DNA of 64,000 bases. Origin: Candidatus Aenigmatarchaeota archaeon (GTDB lineage Archaea > Aenigmatarchaeota > Aenigmatarchaeia > GW2011-AR5). Each line of letters opens with the position of its first letter. Position 1 is the stretch's first letter. The notes below the pieces were generated by a model. The model had not been told where the DNA came from. It saw only the letters and a list, made by a program, of their open reading frames with translations, and did not search any database. Location: the NCBI GenBank assembly GCA_026397375.1, contig JAPLUZ010000022.1, positions 24,234-88,233 on the forward strand. The letters are read 5' to 3'. This document shows, piece by piece, positions 18,984-29,077 of this stretch. The translations under genes and the position numbers were made by a program.

Positions 18984-19928
18984 ATGAGCCAGCCAGCAGT
19001 TTCCGTCATCATATCCGTGTTCAATCGCAAGGAGCACATGGAAAAATGCCTAGCTGCAATGCTAAAATCCAGCTATAAAAATTACGATCTCATAGTTGTC
19101 GACGGCGGCTCCAGAGACGGAACTTTGGAGATGCTGAGGGAAGCAGAAAAGAAAAACAAAAAACTGAAGGTTTTTGTCGACAAAACTCCAGGAAGAAATC
19201 CAGCCAGGAACACGGGCATAAAAAAGGCAACTGGGGAACTGCTGATTTTTGTTGATTCCGACTGCATTGTGGACAAAAATTGGATGAAGGAAATCGTCAG
19301 ACCATTTGACGATCCGACTGTCGGCGGCGTTATAGGAAGGACAATTGCAGATAAAAAAGGCCTTTTTTGGTACCACATGGAGAACGATTACCTCCAATTC
19401 ATAGGGCATAACAGCGCCTATAGAAAATCCATCATCAAAAAAATAGGTTGTTTCGACCTAAGATTTAAAACAGCCAGGGAAGACACCGACCTTGCATGGA
19501 CTGTTATTGACCTTGGATACAAAATGGTTCATTGCAATAATGCGGTAATGACGCATTTGTCAAGGAGGGTCTCCGCAAGATACAGAATAAAGAATCAGAG
19601 GGCATTCATTTATGACGGGTTACTGTATAGAAAACACAAAAATCTGTACAAAAAGTATTTCTACGTAAAAGGCATGCCAGCAACCCTCTGGCCCAGCATA
19701 TTTTCGCCTGTTGTATTTTTGTTCTTCGTGTATTCACTAATTTTCTACAGAACAATTGCAGATGTCATGATTTTTGTTTACATCATTATTGTCGTGAAAA
19801 AACTCATAGGCAACAAAAATGGAACGTTAAGAGAAAACGCGGAGTTCTTTCTGTTGATATGGATCCTCCCTTTATCAAGGGTTTATTACTTTATGAAGGG
19901 ATGGATATTTGTGAGGGATAAAATATGA
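18984..19928 (+). CDS. GT2-family glycosyltransferase with C-terminal TM anchor (dolichyl-phosphate sugar transferase-like)
   Basis: VSVIISVFNRKEHM...DLIVVDGGSRDGT...FVDSDC (DxD region), C-terminal hydrophobic segments. Confidence 0.7.
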   Translation: MSQPAVSVIISVFNRKEHMEKCLAAMLKSSYKNYDLIVVDGGSRDGTLEMLREAEKKNKKLKVFVDKTPGRNPARNTGIKKATGELLIFVDSDCIVDKNWMKEIVRPFDDPTVGGVIGRTIADKKGLFWYHMENDYLQFIGHNSAYRKSIIKKIGCFDLRFKTAREDTDLAWTVIDLGYKMVHCNNAVMTHLSRRVSARYRIKNQRAFIYDGLLYRKHKNLYKKYFYVKGMPATLWPSIFSPVVFLFFVYSLIFYRTIADVMIFVYIIIVVKKLIGNKNGTLRENAEFFLLIWILPLSRVYYFMKGWIFVRDKI

Positions 19929-20677
19929 TATTCCTTCTTGGTCACAGAGGATTTGTTGGTAGCGCCATAGCAAAATATCTGGGAAAAAATAATGTAGATT
20001 TCACGGGCATAGACAGAGAGAACTATAATAGCTTTGCCGGCAAGAAGTGCGACATTTTTATAAATGCCGGCGGGTCTTCAAAGAAAAGGCTTGCTGATCA
20101 GGACCCAAAGAAAGATTTTGAGCTTAATGTTTTGTCGACGCTTAACACGGTCTTGGACTTCAAGTTCAAAAAATATATACTTGTATCTTCTGTGGAAGTC
20201 TACAACGACGTTTTCAATCCTATAAACAACAAAGAAGACAAAGAAATAGATCCAAACAAACTTAGCAACTATGGCTTCAGCAAGTGGCTGTGCGAGCAGA
20301 TTGTTAAGAAGAACTGCAAAAACTGGCTAATCTTCCGCCTGGGTGGCATGGTTGGCTCCGGCATTAAGAAGAATGCCATATTTGATCTTATGAATTCAGG
20401 ATCTTTGTTTGTTAGCCCCAAGTCAGAATACCAGTACATAAATACGGATGATGTGGCACGTTTTATTTATCTGCTGAGAAACAGAAAAAATGAAATATTT
20501 AACCTGTGCGGTTCAGGAACGATAACGCTGGAAGATGTGGCAAAACACATGGGAAAAAATCTTAACAGGAATCTGTACAAGCTTAGAAAAGAAATTTACA
20601 ACATAAATATAATGAAAATTAAAAAAATAGGAAAAATACCTGAAACAAAAGAAACTATATTCAAATTTGTTGATTGA
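19925..20677 (+). CDS. NAD(P)-dependent sugar reductase/epimerase (RmlD-like short form)
   Basis: N-terminal LLGHRGFVGSAI Rossmann motif, YxxxK in YGFSKWL. Confidence 0.45.
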   Translation: MIFLLGHRGFVGSAIAKYLGKNNVDFTGIDRENYNSFAGKKCDIFINAGGSSKKRLADQDPKKDFELNVLSTLNTVLDFKFKKYILVSSVEVYNDVFNPINNKEDKEIDPNKLSNYGFSKWLCEQIVKKNCKNWLIFRLGGMVGSGIKKNAIFDLMNSGSLFVSPKSEYQYINTDDVARFIYLLRNRKNEIFNLCGSGTITLEDVAKHMGKNLNRNLYKLRKEIYNINIMKIKKIGKIPETKETIFKFVD

Positions 20678-21189
20678 TAAATATGACTCTAAAACTGCAT
20701 GTGGGCTGCGGAACTAAAAAACTTGAGGGCTATGTAAATTGCGATATAGCAAAAGATGTCAATCCCGATGTGGTAGTAGATATATGCGCCCTTTCTAAAA
20801 AATTCAAGAAGAAAAGCGTGGACGAAATATTAACAGAGCACATGCTGGAACATGTAGATGATTTTGTAAAGGCTATGAAGGAGATACACGCCGTATTGAA
20901 GAAAGGCGGAAAAGCCCACATAGTTGTCCCCTACGCGACAATACCGAGTGCTTTTCACCCTCATCATAAGTGGTATTTCACAAAAGAGAGCTTTTCACCG
21001 TTTCACAAGGATAATTCCCTGCGATACTACTATGATTTTCATTTTTCATCGGTAAAAACAAAGATAGTTTTTAGCAGACAGATGTTCTTCATGACAAAAC
21101 TTGCAAACAAGATGACCTGGCTTTATGAAAACTCCGGATTGGCCTGGTTGTTTCCGGCAAAAGAATTGCACGTAGAACTTACAAAATAA
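20674..21189 (+). CDS. Class I SAM-dependent methyltransferase
   Basis: LHVGCGTKKLEGYVNCDI motif I. Confidence 0.5.
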   Translation: MINMTLKLHVGCGTKKLEGYVNCDIAKDVNPDVVVDICALSKKFKKKSVDEILTEHMLEHVDDFVKAMKEIHAVLKKGGKAHIVVPYATIPSAFHPHHKWYFTKESFSPFHKDNSLRYYYDFHFSSVKTKIVFSRQMFFMTKLANKMTWLYENSGLAWLFPAKELHVELTK

Positions 21190-21191
21190 GA

Positions 21192-22136
21192 CTATAGTCT
21201 TATTCCATTGGGATAGTTATTTTCGAACCATCTTATTGTTTTTTCCAAACCATCTTTCAGAAAAGTTGAACATTCAAAATTTAGCAGACTCTTCATTCTT
21301 CCGGTATCAAATATTTTTCTCATCTGGCCATCAGGCTTGGTCGTATCCCACACTATTTTTCCCCCATAGCCTATCAGATTCGATATAGTCTCTACCAGTT
21401 CTCTTATCGATGTCTCTGTACCAGATGATATATTTATCAATTCGTTTCCATCGTAGGTCTCCGTTGCTTTTATTATGGCTTCAGCAACATCTTCGACATA
21501 AACAAAGTCTCTTGTTGGAGTTCCTGACCCCCATACAACAACCTCTGGCAGGTCATTCATTTTAGCCTCGTAAAACCTTCTTATTAGCCCTGGTATGACA
21601 TGAGAATAATTGGGATGAAAGTTGTCGTGAGGGCCGTACATGTTGCCGGGCACAAGGGTTATGGCGTTAAGATTATACTGATTTCTATAGGCATTGGCCT
21701 GCACAAAGCCCATAGCCTTCGCCAGTGAGTAGGGTGCACTTTCATTTTGCGGATAGCCCTCAAACAGACTGTTTTCTGCTATCGGGCTTTTGGCTTTTGC
21801 AGGATAGCTGCAGCCACCTATGCAGGTTACAAATTTTTTTACACCATGTTTCGAGGCTTCATGAATAGTAGACGTGTTTATTACAAGGTTTCTATAGGAA
21901 AAATCAGCCGGATACATTTTATTTGCAAGTATTCCTCCAACGTAGGCTGCCAGATGAATAACTATGTTTGGCTCGATATCTGAAAACATTTTTCTTACTT
22001 CTTTTTGTTCTGTCAGGTCATAGTCTTTTGACGAAACAGCCACTATATTTTTGTAGCCAGATGATTCCATATGTTTTACAAGGTTTGTACCAAGGAAGCC
22101 AGTCGACCCGGTTACAAGAATTTTATCATTTTTCAT
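21192..22136 (-). CDS. fcl: GDP-L-fucose synthase (GDP-4-keto-6-deoxy-D-mannose 3,5-epimerase/4-reductase, Fcl/WcaG)
   Basis: Long stretches nearly identical in pattern to E. coli Fcl: AAYVGGILANKMYPADF, PGNMYGPHDNFHPNYSHVIPGLIRRF, VVWGSGTPTRDF. Confidence 0.8.
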   Translation of the reverse strand: MKNDKILVTGSTGFLGTNLVKHMESSGYKNIVAVSSKDYDLTEQKEVRKMFSDIEPNIVIHLAAYVGGILANKMYPADFSYRNLVINTSTIHEASKHGVKKFVTCIGGCSYPAKAKSPIAENSLFEGYPQNESAPYSLAKAMGFVQANAYRNQYNLNAITLVPGNMYGPHDNFHPNYSHVIPGLIRRFYEAKMNDLPEVVVWGSGTPTRDFVYVEDVAEAIIKATETYDGNELINISSGTETSIRELVETISNLIGYGGKIVWDTTKPDGQMRKIFDTGRMKSLLNFECSTFLKDGLEKTIRWFENNYPNGIRL

Positions 22137-22141
22137 AACAA

Positions 22142-23089
22142 TCAGAAATTTGTGTAATGCCTATCATACAGCATTGCATAACCTTTTATGAGTTCTTCTA
22201 TTCCATCCTCAAGGGAATACTGGCAGCGGAACCCCTTGGCCATTATTTTTTTGTTGGAAACTATGTAATTTCTTTTGTCAGGATCTTTGCCAATCTCGGA
22301 TTCCTGTATGTGGAAGTCTTTTCCATGCTTTTTGAGAATTTCCTTGATTTTCCACGACAGTTCTTCCTTTGAAAGATTGGCGTCTTCCAGACCAACATTA
22401 TATGGTTCATTTTTCATGGCATCAAAGTTTTCTATGCAAAATTCAAAGCATCGGGCAGCGTCCCTTACATGTAAATAATTTCTTTTGAAATGCTTCTCAA
22501 ACAAAACAATATAGCCATCTCTTATGGCCTTATAAACAAAGTTATTCACGAGGAGGTCGAGGCGCATTCTTGGAGAGAAACCGAAGCAGGTGGCAAATCT
22601 CAAGGTTATTACATTGTTACTTTTCAAAAGCTCCCTTTCTGCCTCAACCTTTGTTACGCCATAGACTGATATGGGTTCCAGAGGTGTCTCTTCGGTACAA
22701 AATACGTCACCGGTTTTTGTTCCGTAGCCGCTGTTGGTCGTAGGAAAAATTATTTTTTGATTTTCCTCTCGAAGCCGATTTATCAAAGCTATTGCCTGGT
22801 AATTTATCGCATTAGTTGTTTCAGGATGTTTCTCCGATGCGCCGGCACCGACAATAGCCGCAAGGGGTATAATGAAATCAAATTTTGGCAGTATAGACCT
22901 CAGAAGCTTTTCTTCCCTTACATCGCCATAGATGAAATGAAAGTTCTTTTTATGAAATAGATGCAGTAACGAGTTCTGGTTATACATTAGATTATCAAGA
23001 ACAGTTACATCATGACCCTCGTTAACTAACAGCTCGGATAGCACTGAACCTAAATAGCCCGCGCCGCCGGTTATTAATATGTTTTTCAT
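22142..23089 (-). CDS. NAD-dependent nucleotide-sugar epimerase/dehydratase (candidate 4,6-dehydratase partner of Fcl)
   Basis: ITGGAGYLGSVL Rossmann, YGVTK catalytic YxxxK; adjacent to and co-oriented with fcl. Confidence 0.5.
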   Translation of the reverse strand: MKNILITGGAGYLGSVLSELLVNEGHDVTVLDNLMYNQNSLLHLFHKKNFHFIYGDVREEKLLRSILPKFDFIIPLAAIVGAGASEKHPETTNAINYQAIALINRLREENQKIIFPTTNSGYGTKTGDVFCTEETPLEPISVYGVTKVEAERELLKSNNVITLRFATCFGFSPRMRLDLLVNNFVYKAIRDGYIVLFEKHFKRNYLHVRDAARCFEFCIENFDAMKNEPYNVGLEDANLSKEELSWKIKEILKKHGKDFHIQESEIGKDPDKRNYIVSNKKIMAKGFRCQYSLEDGIEELIKGYAMLYDRHYTNF

Positions 23090-23247
23090 GAGCTAACTGT
23101 AAAGATAAAAAATATTAAAGCCTTGATTAGGGCATTATTTTAAGCAATTTTGCTGCTTTTTTGACGTTATTCACAATGATATCCTGACCATAAAAAAGGT
23201 TTTATTTGTTTATCTTTCTATCTTAGATGTAATTATGAGACGATGAG

Positions 23248-24765
23248 ATGAAATACGCAGAAAGAATCGCTAAAAATACCTTTGCGGTCTTAATACTTGG
23301 ATTGCTCGGCACGCTTCTCGGATACGGTTTAAGGGTGTACCTAGCCCATAATCTGAGCATTGTCGAATTTGGAATGATATATTCAGTTCTTGGCTTTCTT
23401 TATTTCCTAAGTACATTCAAAGATCTCGGATTAGGTCAAACAGTGACAAAATTTGCCGCAGAGTTCAGAATTAAAAATGAAAAAACCAACTTAAAATCAC
23501 TAATATCTTTCTCGTTCCTAATACAACTGGTTGCAGGGATTATTATATTTTGTATTTTGTACACATTTTCCGACTTTATGGCAATGAATTTTTTTCACAA
23601 CCCATCAGCGGGCATCCTTGTAAAAATACTGAGCATAGATTTCCTGATAGGATTTACCGTATTCCGAGCTGTTCTGCAAGGATTCCAAAAGATGAAAATT
23701 TATGCGCTTCTGGAACCTGTAAGAATAGTACTGATTTTCCTGATTTTCTTCTATATCACCATATTTACAACCCTGGGTGCCAAAGAAGTTGCACTGAGCT
23801 ATCTTTTGTCAGCAGCTGTCATAGATACAGCGCTGTTTATTTACATTTTCAAGATTTACAGGTCTTATAAAACAGAAAAAATAACAACAAACATAGTTAC
23901 AAGGCTGGTCAGATTTAGTGCCACTCTTTTTACAGGGTCCATAGCAAGCATTACAGTATCGTCCATAGACGTAATCATGATAACTTTCTTCCTGTCGTTA
24001 AAGGATGTGGCTCTCTATCAGGCAGCCATGCCCACGGCCTACCTGCTTTCCATATTTTCCACGGCATTGGGAATATCCCTTTTGCCATCGGTTTCAGAAA
24101 TATGGAATTCAAGAAAAAAGAATATGCTTGGCAAGGGTATATCCCTTGTGCTCAGGGCACTTTTCATTTTCATAATACCCTTTGTAATAATTTTTGTAAC
24201 GTTTCCAGAGCTCATTTTGAATATTATTTTCGGCGGCGCCTATACGGCTGCTGCAAGTCTTCTGCAGATTTTTGCAATATCTCTGATATTTTATAGTATG
24301 TATGGTACAATGTCTACTGTTCTGGTAAGCATTGGACGCGCAGGCACGGCAACAAAAATAATAATAGTAACAGCGGTGATTAGTGCCCTGCTTAATGTCA
24401 TTTTAATCAATACAATCGGAGTAATTGGTGCTGCCCTGTCTTCGCTAATTTCATATTTGGCGGCTTCTATCATGGCCTATAGATCGCTGAATAAATATGT
24501 AAACCTTAAGTTTGATTTTAAGTCCCTGCTAAAGGCGTTCATTGGCGGAACAATAGCCGTAGCGATAATTTTTATAATAAAAAATATCCTGATAATGAGC
24601 CCGGTCCTGGAAGCTGTAATCAGCCTTGTTTTCGGGATTGCGTTCTACGCAGCATTTATAATTATATTTAAGGTTGTCAAGAAATCTGATATAAGAATAC
24701 TTAAGGAGATTGACATGAAGATACCTTCATTCATCCTGAGGATTTTGAAAAGGGTTGTAGAATGA
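23248..24765 (+). CDS. Wzx-like oligosaccharide flippase (MOP/polysaccharide biosynthesis protein family)
   Basis: 505 aa, about 12-14 TM helices, typical size and topology. Confidence 0.6.
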   Translation: MKYAERIAKNTFAVLILGLLGTLLGYGLRVYLAHNLSIVEFGMIYSVLGFLYFLSTFKDLGLGQTVTKFAAEFRIKNEKTNLKSLISFSFLIQLVAGIIIFCILYTFSDFMAMNFFHNPSAGILVKILSIDFLIGFTVFRAVLQGFQKMKIYALLEPVRIVLIFLIFFYITIFTTLGAKEVALSYLLSAAVIDTALFIYIFKIYRSYKTEKITTNIVTRLVRFSATLFTGSIASITVSSIDVIMITFFLSLKDVALYQAAMPTAYLLSIFSTALGISLLPSVSEIWNSRKKNMLGKGISLVLRALFIFIIPFVIIFVTFPELILNIIFGGAYTAAASLLQIFAISLIFYSMYGTMSTVLVSIGRAGTATKIIIVTAVISALLNVILINTIGVIGAALSSLISYLAASIMAYRSLNKYVNLKFDFKSLLKAFIGGTIAVAIIFIIKNILIMSPVLEAVISLVFGIAFYAAFIIIFKVVKKSDIRILKEIDMKIPSFILRILKRVVE

Positions 24766-25742
24766 AAAAAGCATTGATAACAGGTGCAGACGGTTTTATA
24801 GGATCGCATCTTGCAGACATACTTCTATCGAAAGGGCTGGAGGTAATATGCCTTGTACATAAAAAAGGCCTAATTAAAAATATAGCCCACATAAAAAATA
24901 AAGTAAAAATTATCGATTGCGATGTTACAAACAAAAAAAGGATTGAAGATATTATAAAAAACACAAAGCCTGACTACATATTCCACTTAGCAGCGCAGAG
25001 TTTTGTTATGCCATCATGGAAAGACCCAGAATTAACGTTCAAAACAAACATATTCGGAACATTTTATCTTCTTGAAGCTGTTAGAAAAGCTGGAATAGCC
25101 CCAATTATTGTGGTTGCCTGCTCTTCTGCGGAATACGGACTTAACTATGAACATGAAATACCTATAAAGGAAACAAAAGAGTTCCGACCGTCTTCTCCAT
25201 ATGCCGTAAGCAAGATAGGCACCGACATGATTTCCTACCTCTATTGGCAAACTTACAAAATGAAGATAATAAGAATGCGCTTCTTCAACATAACAGGACC
25301 CAGAAAAACTAACGACGCGTGCTCTGATTTTGCTAAAATGATAGCAAAAGTAGAAAAAAGCGATAAAAGTATAATAGAGGTTGGATACCTTGGCGGCATA
25401 CGTGACTATACAGATGTAAGGGATGCTGTTAATGCCGTATGGCTTCTTGCGGCAAAAGGCAAGTATGGCGAGGCTTATAACATATGCACAGGCAATAGAT
25501 ACAAAGTAGAAGACCTGCTTAAAAAACTTCTTTCCATCTCAAACAAGAAAATAGAAATAAAGAAGGACCCAAAAAAATACAGACCACTGGAAGATCCGAT
25601 TTTTGTCGGCGATAATACAAAAATTAGAAGCCTTGGCTGGATCCCAATGATACCTATAGAGAAGACACTCGGAGATATGCTTGCATACTGGAGAGAGAGA
25701 ATGTATAGGTTTAAACGTAGTTATAGTGCTACAAGGAAATGA
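24762..25742 (+). CDS. GDP-mannose 4,6-dehydratase / GDP-4-keto-6-deoxymannose reductase family enzyme (Gmd/Rmd-like)
   Basis: ITGADGFIGSHL, YAVSK, FFNITGPRKT (compare Gmd FNHESPRRG). Confidence 0.55.
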   Translation: MKKALITGADGFIGSHLADILLSKGLEVICLVHKKGLIKNIAHIKNKVKIIDCDVTNKKRIEDIIKNTKPDYIFHLAAQSFVMPSWKDPELTFKTNIFGTFYLLEAVRKAGIAPIIVVACSSAEYGLNYEHEIPIKETKEFRPSSPYAVSKIGTDMISYLYWQTYKMKIIRMRFFNITGPRKTNDACSDFAKMIAKVEKSDKSIIEVGYLGGIRDYTDVRDAVNAVWLLAAKGKYGEAYNICTGNRYKVEDLLKKLLSISNKKIEIKKDPKKYRPLEDPIFVGDNTKIRSLGWIPMIPIEKTLGDMLAYWRERMYRFKRSYSATRK

Positions 25743-25850
25743 ACAGGATATAATTTACTTGTGCACTATATGCGAAACCATAAAGCATGATTACGACTTT
25801 ATGGATTCACTATAAATACATTTCTATTTTTATTGTTCTAGGCGAAACTT

Positions 25851-26795
25851 ATGAGGGCAATGGTTACCGGCGGGGCAGGATGTATCGGATCCGAGCTAGT
25901 TGAAAGACTGCTGAAAGAAGGACACGAGGTAGTAGTCTATGACAATTTCTCTACAGGCAAAGAGGAGCATATTGAGGCCTTTAGCAGCAATAAAAAATTA
26001 CATATAATTAATGGAGACATTCTTGATCTTGAAAAACTTACTGCATCCATGAACAACATAGATGTTATTTTTCATCTTGCAGCATACTCTACAACAAAAT
26101 TTCAGGAAGGCGATCCTACAGACACAGCATTGAAAAACAACATAATAGGCACATATAACGTACTGGAAGCTATGCGTATCAACGAAGTAAAAAACATAAT
26201 TTTTACGTCGTCACAGGCAGTATACGGAGAGGGCAAGAAAGCCTTTTCGGAGGAATCCCAGCTAAACCCAATATCGTTTTACGGGGCCTCGAAAGCGGCA
26301 GGGGAACAATTCATAAGAGGGTTCTGCAGCTCTTACGGCATGAGGTCATGGATATTTCGCTTTGCGAACGTTGTCGGCGGCAAAAGCAGAAAGTCCGGCG
26401 GAAACGTCATAACAGACTTCGTCGCAAAATTAAGAAAGAACCCTGCGGAGCTGGAGGTACTTGGAGACGGCACACAGGAAAAGTCCTATCTTACTATTGA
26501 CGATTGCGTAGACGCAATACTTTTCTGCTTTGCAAAATCAAAGGAGAATGTAAACGTTTTCAACATAGCCAGCACGGACACGATAAAAGTCGCGGATATA
26601 GCAAGCATAGTGATTGCGGAGATGAAACTCAAAGCCGCGATAAGATACACCGGCGGCGACCGCGGGTGGAAGGGCGACGTGCCGTACACGAGACTGGATA
26701 CGTCAAAGATAACAAAGCTAGGATGGAAGGCGAGATTCAGCTCTGGCGATTCTATTAGGCTAGCTGCAAGGGCTTCCGCTAAAAACGTTTTTTAA
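25851..26795 (+). CDS. NAD-dependent epimerase/dehydratase (UDP-sugar 4-epimerase-like)
   Basis: VTGGAGCIGSEL, YGASK. Confidence 0.55.
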   Translation: MRAMVTGGAGCIGSELVERLLKEGHEVVVYDNFSTGKEEHIEAFSSNKKLHIINGDILDLEKLTASMNNIDVIFHLAAYSTTKFQEGDPTDTALKNNIIGTYNVLEAMRINEVKNIIFTSSQAVYGEGKKAFSEESQLNPISFYGASKAAGEQFIRGFCSSYGMRSWIFRFANVVGGKSRKSGGNVITDFVAKLRKNPAELEVLGDGTQEKSYLTIDDCVDAILFCFAKSKENVNVFNIASTDTIKVADIASIVIAEMKLKAAIRYTGGDRGWKGDVPYTRLDTSKITKLGWKARFSSGDSIRLAARASAKNVF

Positions 26796-26823
26796 CCTTT
26801 TTTCTCGCTAGAACATAGAATAT

Positions 26824-27819
26824 TTAAAAAACTTTTAATTTTTTTATCATTTTAGGAAGAACAGGTAGTATTTTTCTTGGTATAAAGAACAAAGGAAAAA
26901 TGTAAAACCAGAAATTCGGATATTTCCAATGAAGTTTGAAAAGAAATAACATTCTTCTTAAATTTAATCTTCCTTTAAGTTTTGTATCGTATACCTCACA
27001 TTTCATGGAATATGAAATATAGTTGTTTACAAATTTGTATATCGCAATTGATCCATAATAATGTTTTACATCTAATAAAATTTTATGGAACCATATAATA
27101 TTTATGTCAAAAGAATCTAAATTATCAACTTCTTTATCAGCCCCTTTTTTATTTTCGTTGTATCTAGTTGTGTTAAAATATTGTGTTACAAGTATTTTAT
27201 CAGATGACAGAGCAGATTTGTTAATTCCGCACGCAGAAAGAACAATAAAATAATGAACTATTCCACTACCAATATAATTTTTTGTTTTGATAAATATTTT
27301 TTTTATAAGGTCCCTTCTAATTATGTTTATAGATACAAAGACAAGATAATGAGCTACTTTACCTAAAAATTCATTTGACGTAAGCTTTTCGGTACTGTTT
27401 ATATCTATTATTTTTTTATTAAAAACTTTACCGGTTTTGAAATTCTTTATTTTATAATTGACAGTGATGATACCGACTTTATTATTATTTTCTATCAATT
27501 TCTTTACATAATCTATAGCATCGTTATTCATTACATCATCATCACCAAAAAGCCATATGTACTTGCCTTTAGCCTTTTTAATGCCTGATAAAATATTTTT
27601 ATCAAATTCCAAATTTTTCCCATTTCTGAAATATCTAACGAAAGGATATTTTTTTGCGTATCCCTTACAGAGCAACATTGTATTGTCTTTTGAGGCGTTA
27701 TCAGAAATTAATATTTCTATACCTTTCGGATTTTGTGATACTATGCTATCTAAAGCCATTTTAAGATGATAGGATCTGTTATAAGTTGGTATAACAATAG
27801 AAATTTCTGGAGCTCTCAT
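26824..27819 (-). CDS. GT2-family glycosyltransferase
   Basis: ISIVIPTYNRSYHL...ILISDNASKDNT...FGDDD; very AT-rich gene. Confidence 0.65.
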   Translation of the reverse strand: MRAPEISIVIPTYNRSYHLKMALDSIVSQNPKGIEILISDNASKDNTMLLCKGYAKKYPFVRYFRNGKNLEFDKNILSGIKKAKGKYIWLFGDDDVMNNDAIDYVKKLIENNNKVGIITVNYKIKNFKTGKVFNKKIIDINSTEKLTSNEFLGKVAHYLVFVSINIIRRDLIKKIFIKTKNYIGSGIVHYFIVLSACGINKSALSSDKILVTQYFNTTRYNENKKGADKEVDNLDSFDINIIWFHKILLDVKHYYGSIAIYKFVNNYISYSMKCEVYDTKLKGRLNLRRMLFLFKLHWKYPNFWFYIFPLFFIPRKILPVLPKMIKKLKVF

Positions 27820-28030
27820 TAAGATGCACTTTAACGATATCTGTAACTTAACCGCTAGATCGCGTTCTTTATTACAATTGATAGAAATGTTTTTTAAGGT
27901 TATAAAATATGAAAATGAGTAAAATATAATCCAATAAAAAAGTGTCTTTTAGTACGAATAAAATATCGAGAAATTTCTCAGAAAAAAGAAATTTAAGAGT
28001 ATTTAAAAATTATATAGTAAAGTCAATAGA

Positions 28031-29023
28031 ATGAAGCATCCACTGGTTAGTTTTGTGATAATAGCTCTGAATGAAGAGAAAAACATAGGAAAATTAATCA
28101 AATCTATAAAAAACAACACTTACAAGGAAGTAGAAATAGTAGTCGTCGACGGCGGGTCGAAGGACAAAACAGTACAAATAGCAAGAAAGATGGGGGCAAG
28201 AATAATAAAAGAGATTGGAAATAAGGGGCCCGGAAATGCAAAAAACCAAGGGGTTTCTGCGGCAAAGGGTAAAATAGTAATACGAATAGATGCCGACTTA
28301 AAAGGCATAAACAAAAAGTTTATCGAAAATATAGTAAAAAGATTTAGTGAAAATGGAGTTATTGCTGTAGCACCAAGAAAACATGAAGCGCTATCGACAT
28401 TTTGGGAAAAAAGTATATACGAAAACCGGCAACTTACCCATTTTATATTTAATGCTATTAGAGGCAGATTTCAAACAATAGATAAGAAAACAGAATCATG
28501 GTACTTGTACCCGATTGCTATGTTAAGAAAAACATTTTTTGAGGTAGGTGGATATGATAATGTGGGGTTCGAAGATCGTTTATTTCTCAAAAAATTTGAC
28601 AAATACTGTAAAGAAAATAGCGTAAAATGTGTTCACGAATCTAAAAGTATAATGTATATGTCTCATCCTCAAACTCTTGACGAAATACTTAAACAATACG
28701 AGTGGTATTCCAGGGGTGCTATACAATACTTTCAACTGACTGGCGACAAGAAGGAATTTTTGCTTTTCTTGATTCTGCTTTCCCAGCCATTATTGATAGC
28801 AAGTGTATTTATGATTAATTTTCATATTTTATTCAAAGTTTTATCTGCTTTATATCTGATAAAAATTATTTTTCTGACTTTGTATTTTGTTATTTACAGA
28901 AAATTCCACGTTGTTGTCACACCTATACTTGATTTTTTTGGTGGGGTGTGGAAGTACTATGGCTTAATAAGGCTCGCAAAGATGAAAATTAAAAAATCCG
29001 ACAGAATATACTCTAGAGGCTGA
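28031..29023 (+). CDS. GT2-family glycosyltransferase with C-terminal TM helices
   Basis: VSFVIIALNEEKNI...EIVVVDGGSKDKT...IDAD. Confidence 0.65.
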   Translation: MKHPLVSFVIIALNEEKNIGKLIKSIKNNTYKEVEIVVVDGGSKDKTVQIARKMGARIIKEIGNKGPGNAKNQGVSAAKGKIVIRIDADLKGINKKFIENIVKRFSENGVIAVAPRKHEALSTFWEKSIYENRQLTHFIFNAIRGRFQTIDKKTESWYLYPIAMLRKTFFEVGGYDNVGFEDRLFLKKFDKYCKENSVKCVHESKSIMYMSHPQTLDEILKQYEWYSRGAIQYFQLTGDKKEFLLFLILLSQPLLIASVFMINFHILFKVLSALYLIKIIFLTLYFVIYRKFHVVVTPILDFFGGVWKYYGLIRLAKMKIKKSDRIYSRG

Positions 29024-29044
29024 CTGTATGACTGTATGACTGTA
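29021..29044 (+). repeat. 3 x 8-bp tandem repeat tgactgta at the stop codon of the GT2 gene
   Basis: Read directly: tgactgtatgactgtatgactgta. Confidence 0.8.
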
Positions 29045-29077
29045 ATATGGTAGATCAAAATTTTATAGGGGGATATA

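Noticed and set aside
18931-19039. 55-nt overlap of divergent ORFs 17969..19039(-) and 18984..19928(+)
   Set aside because: An artefact of taking the longest ORF; an internal Met at 18931 gives a sensible start for the minus-strand membrane protein and removes the overlap
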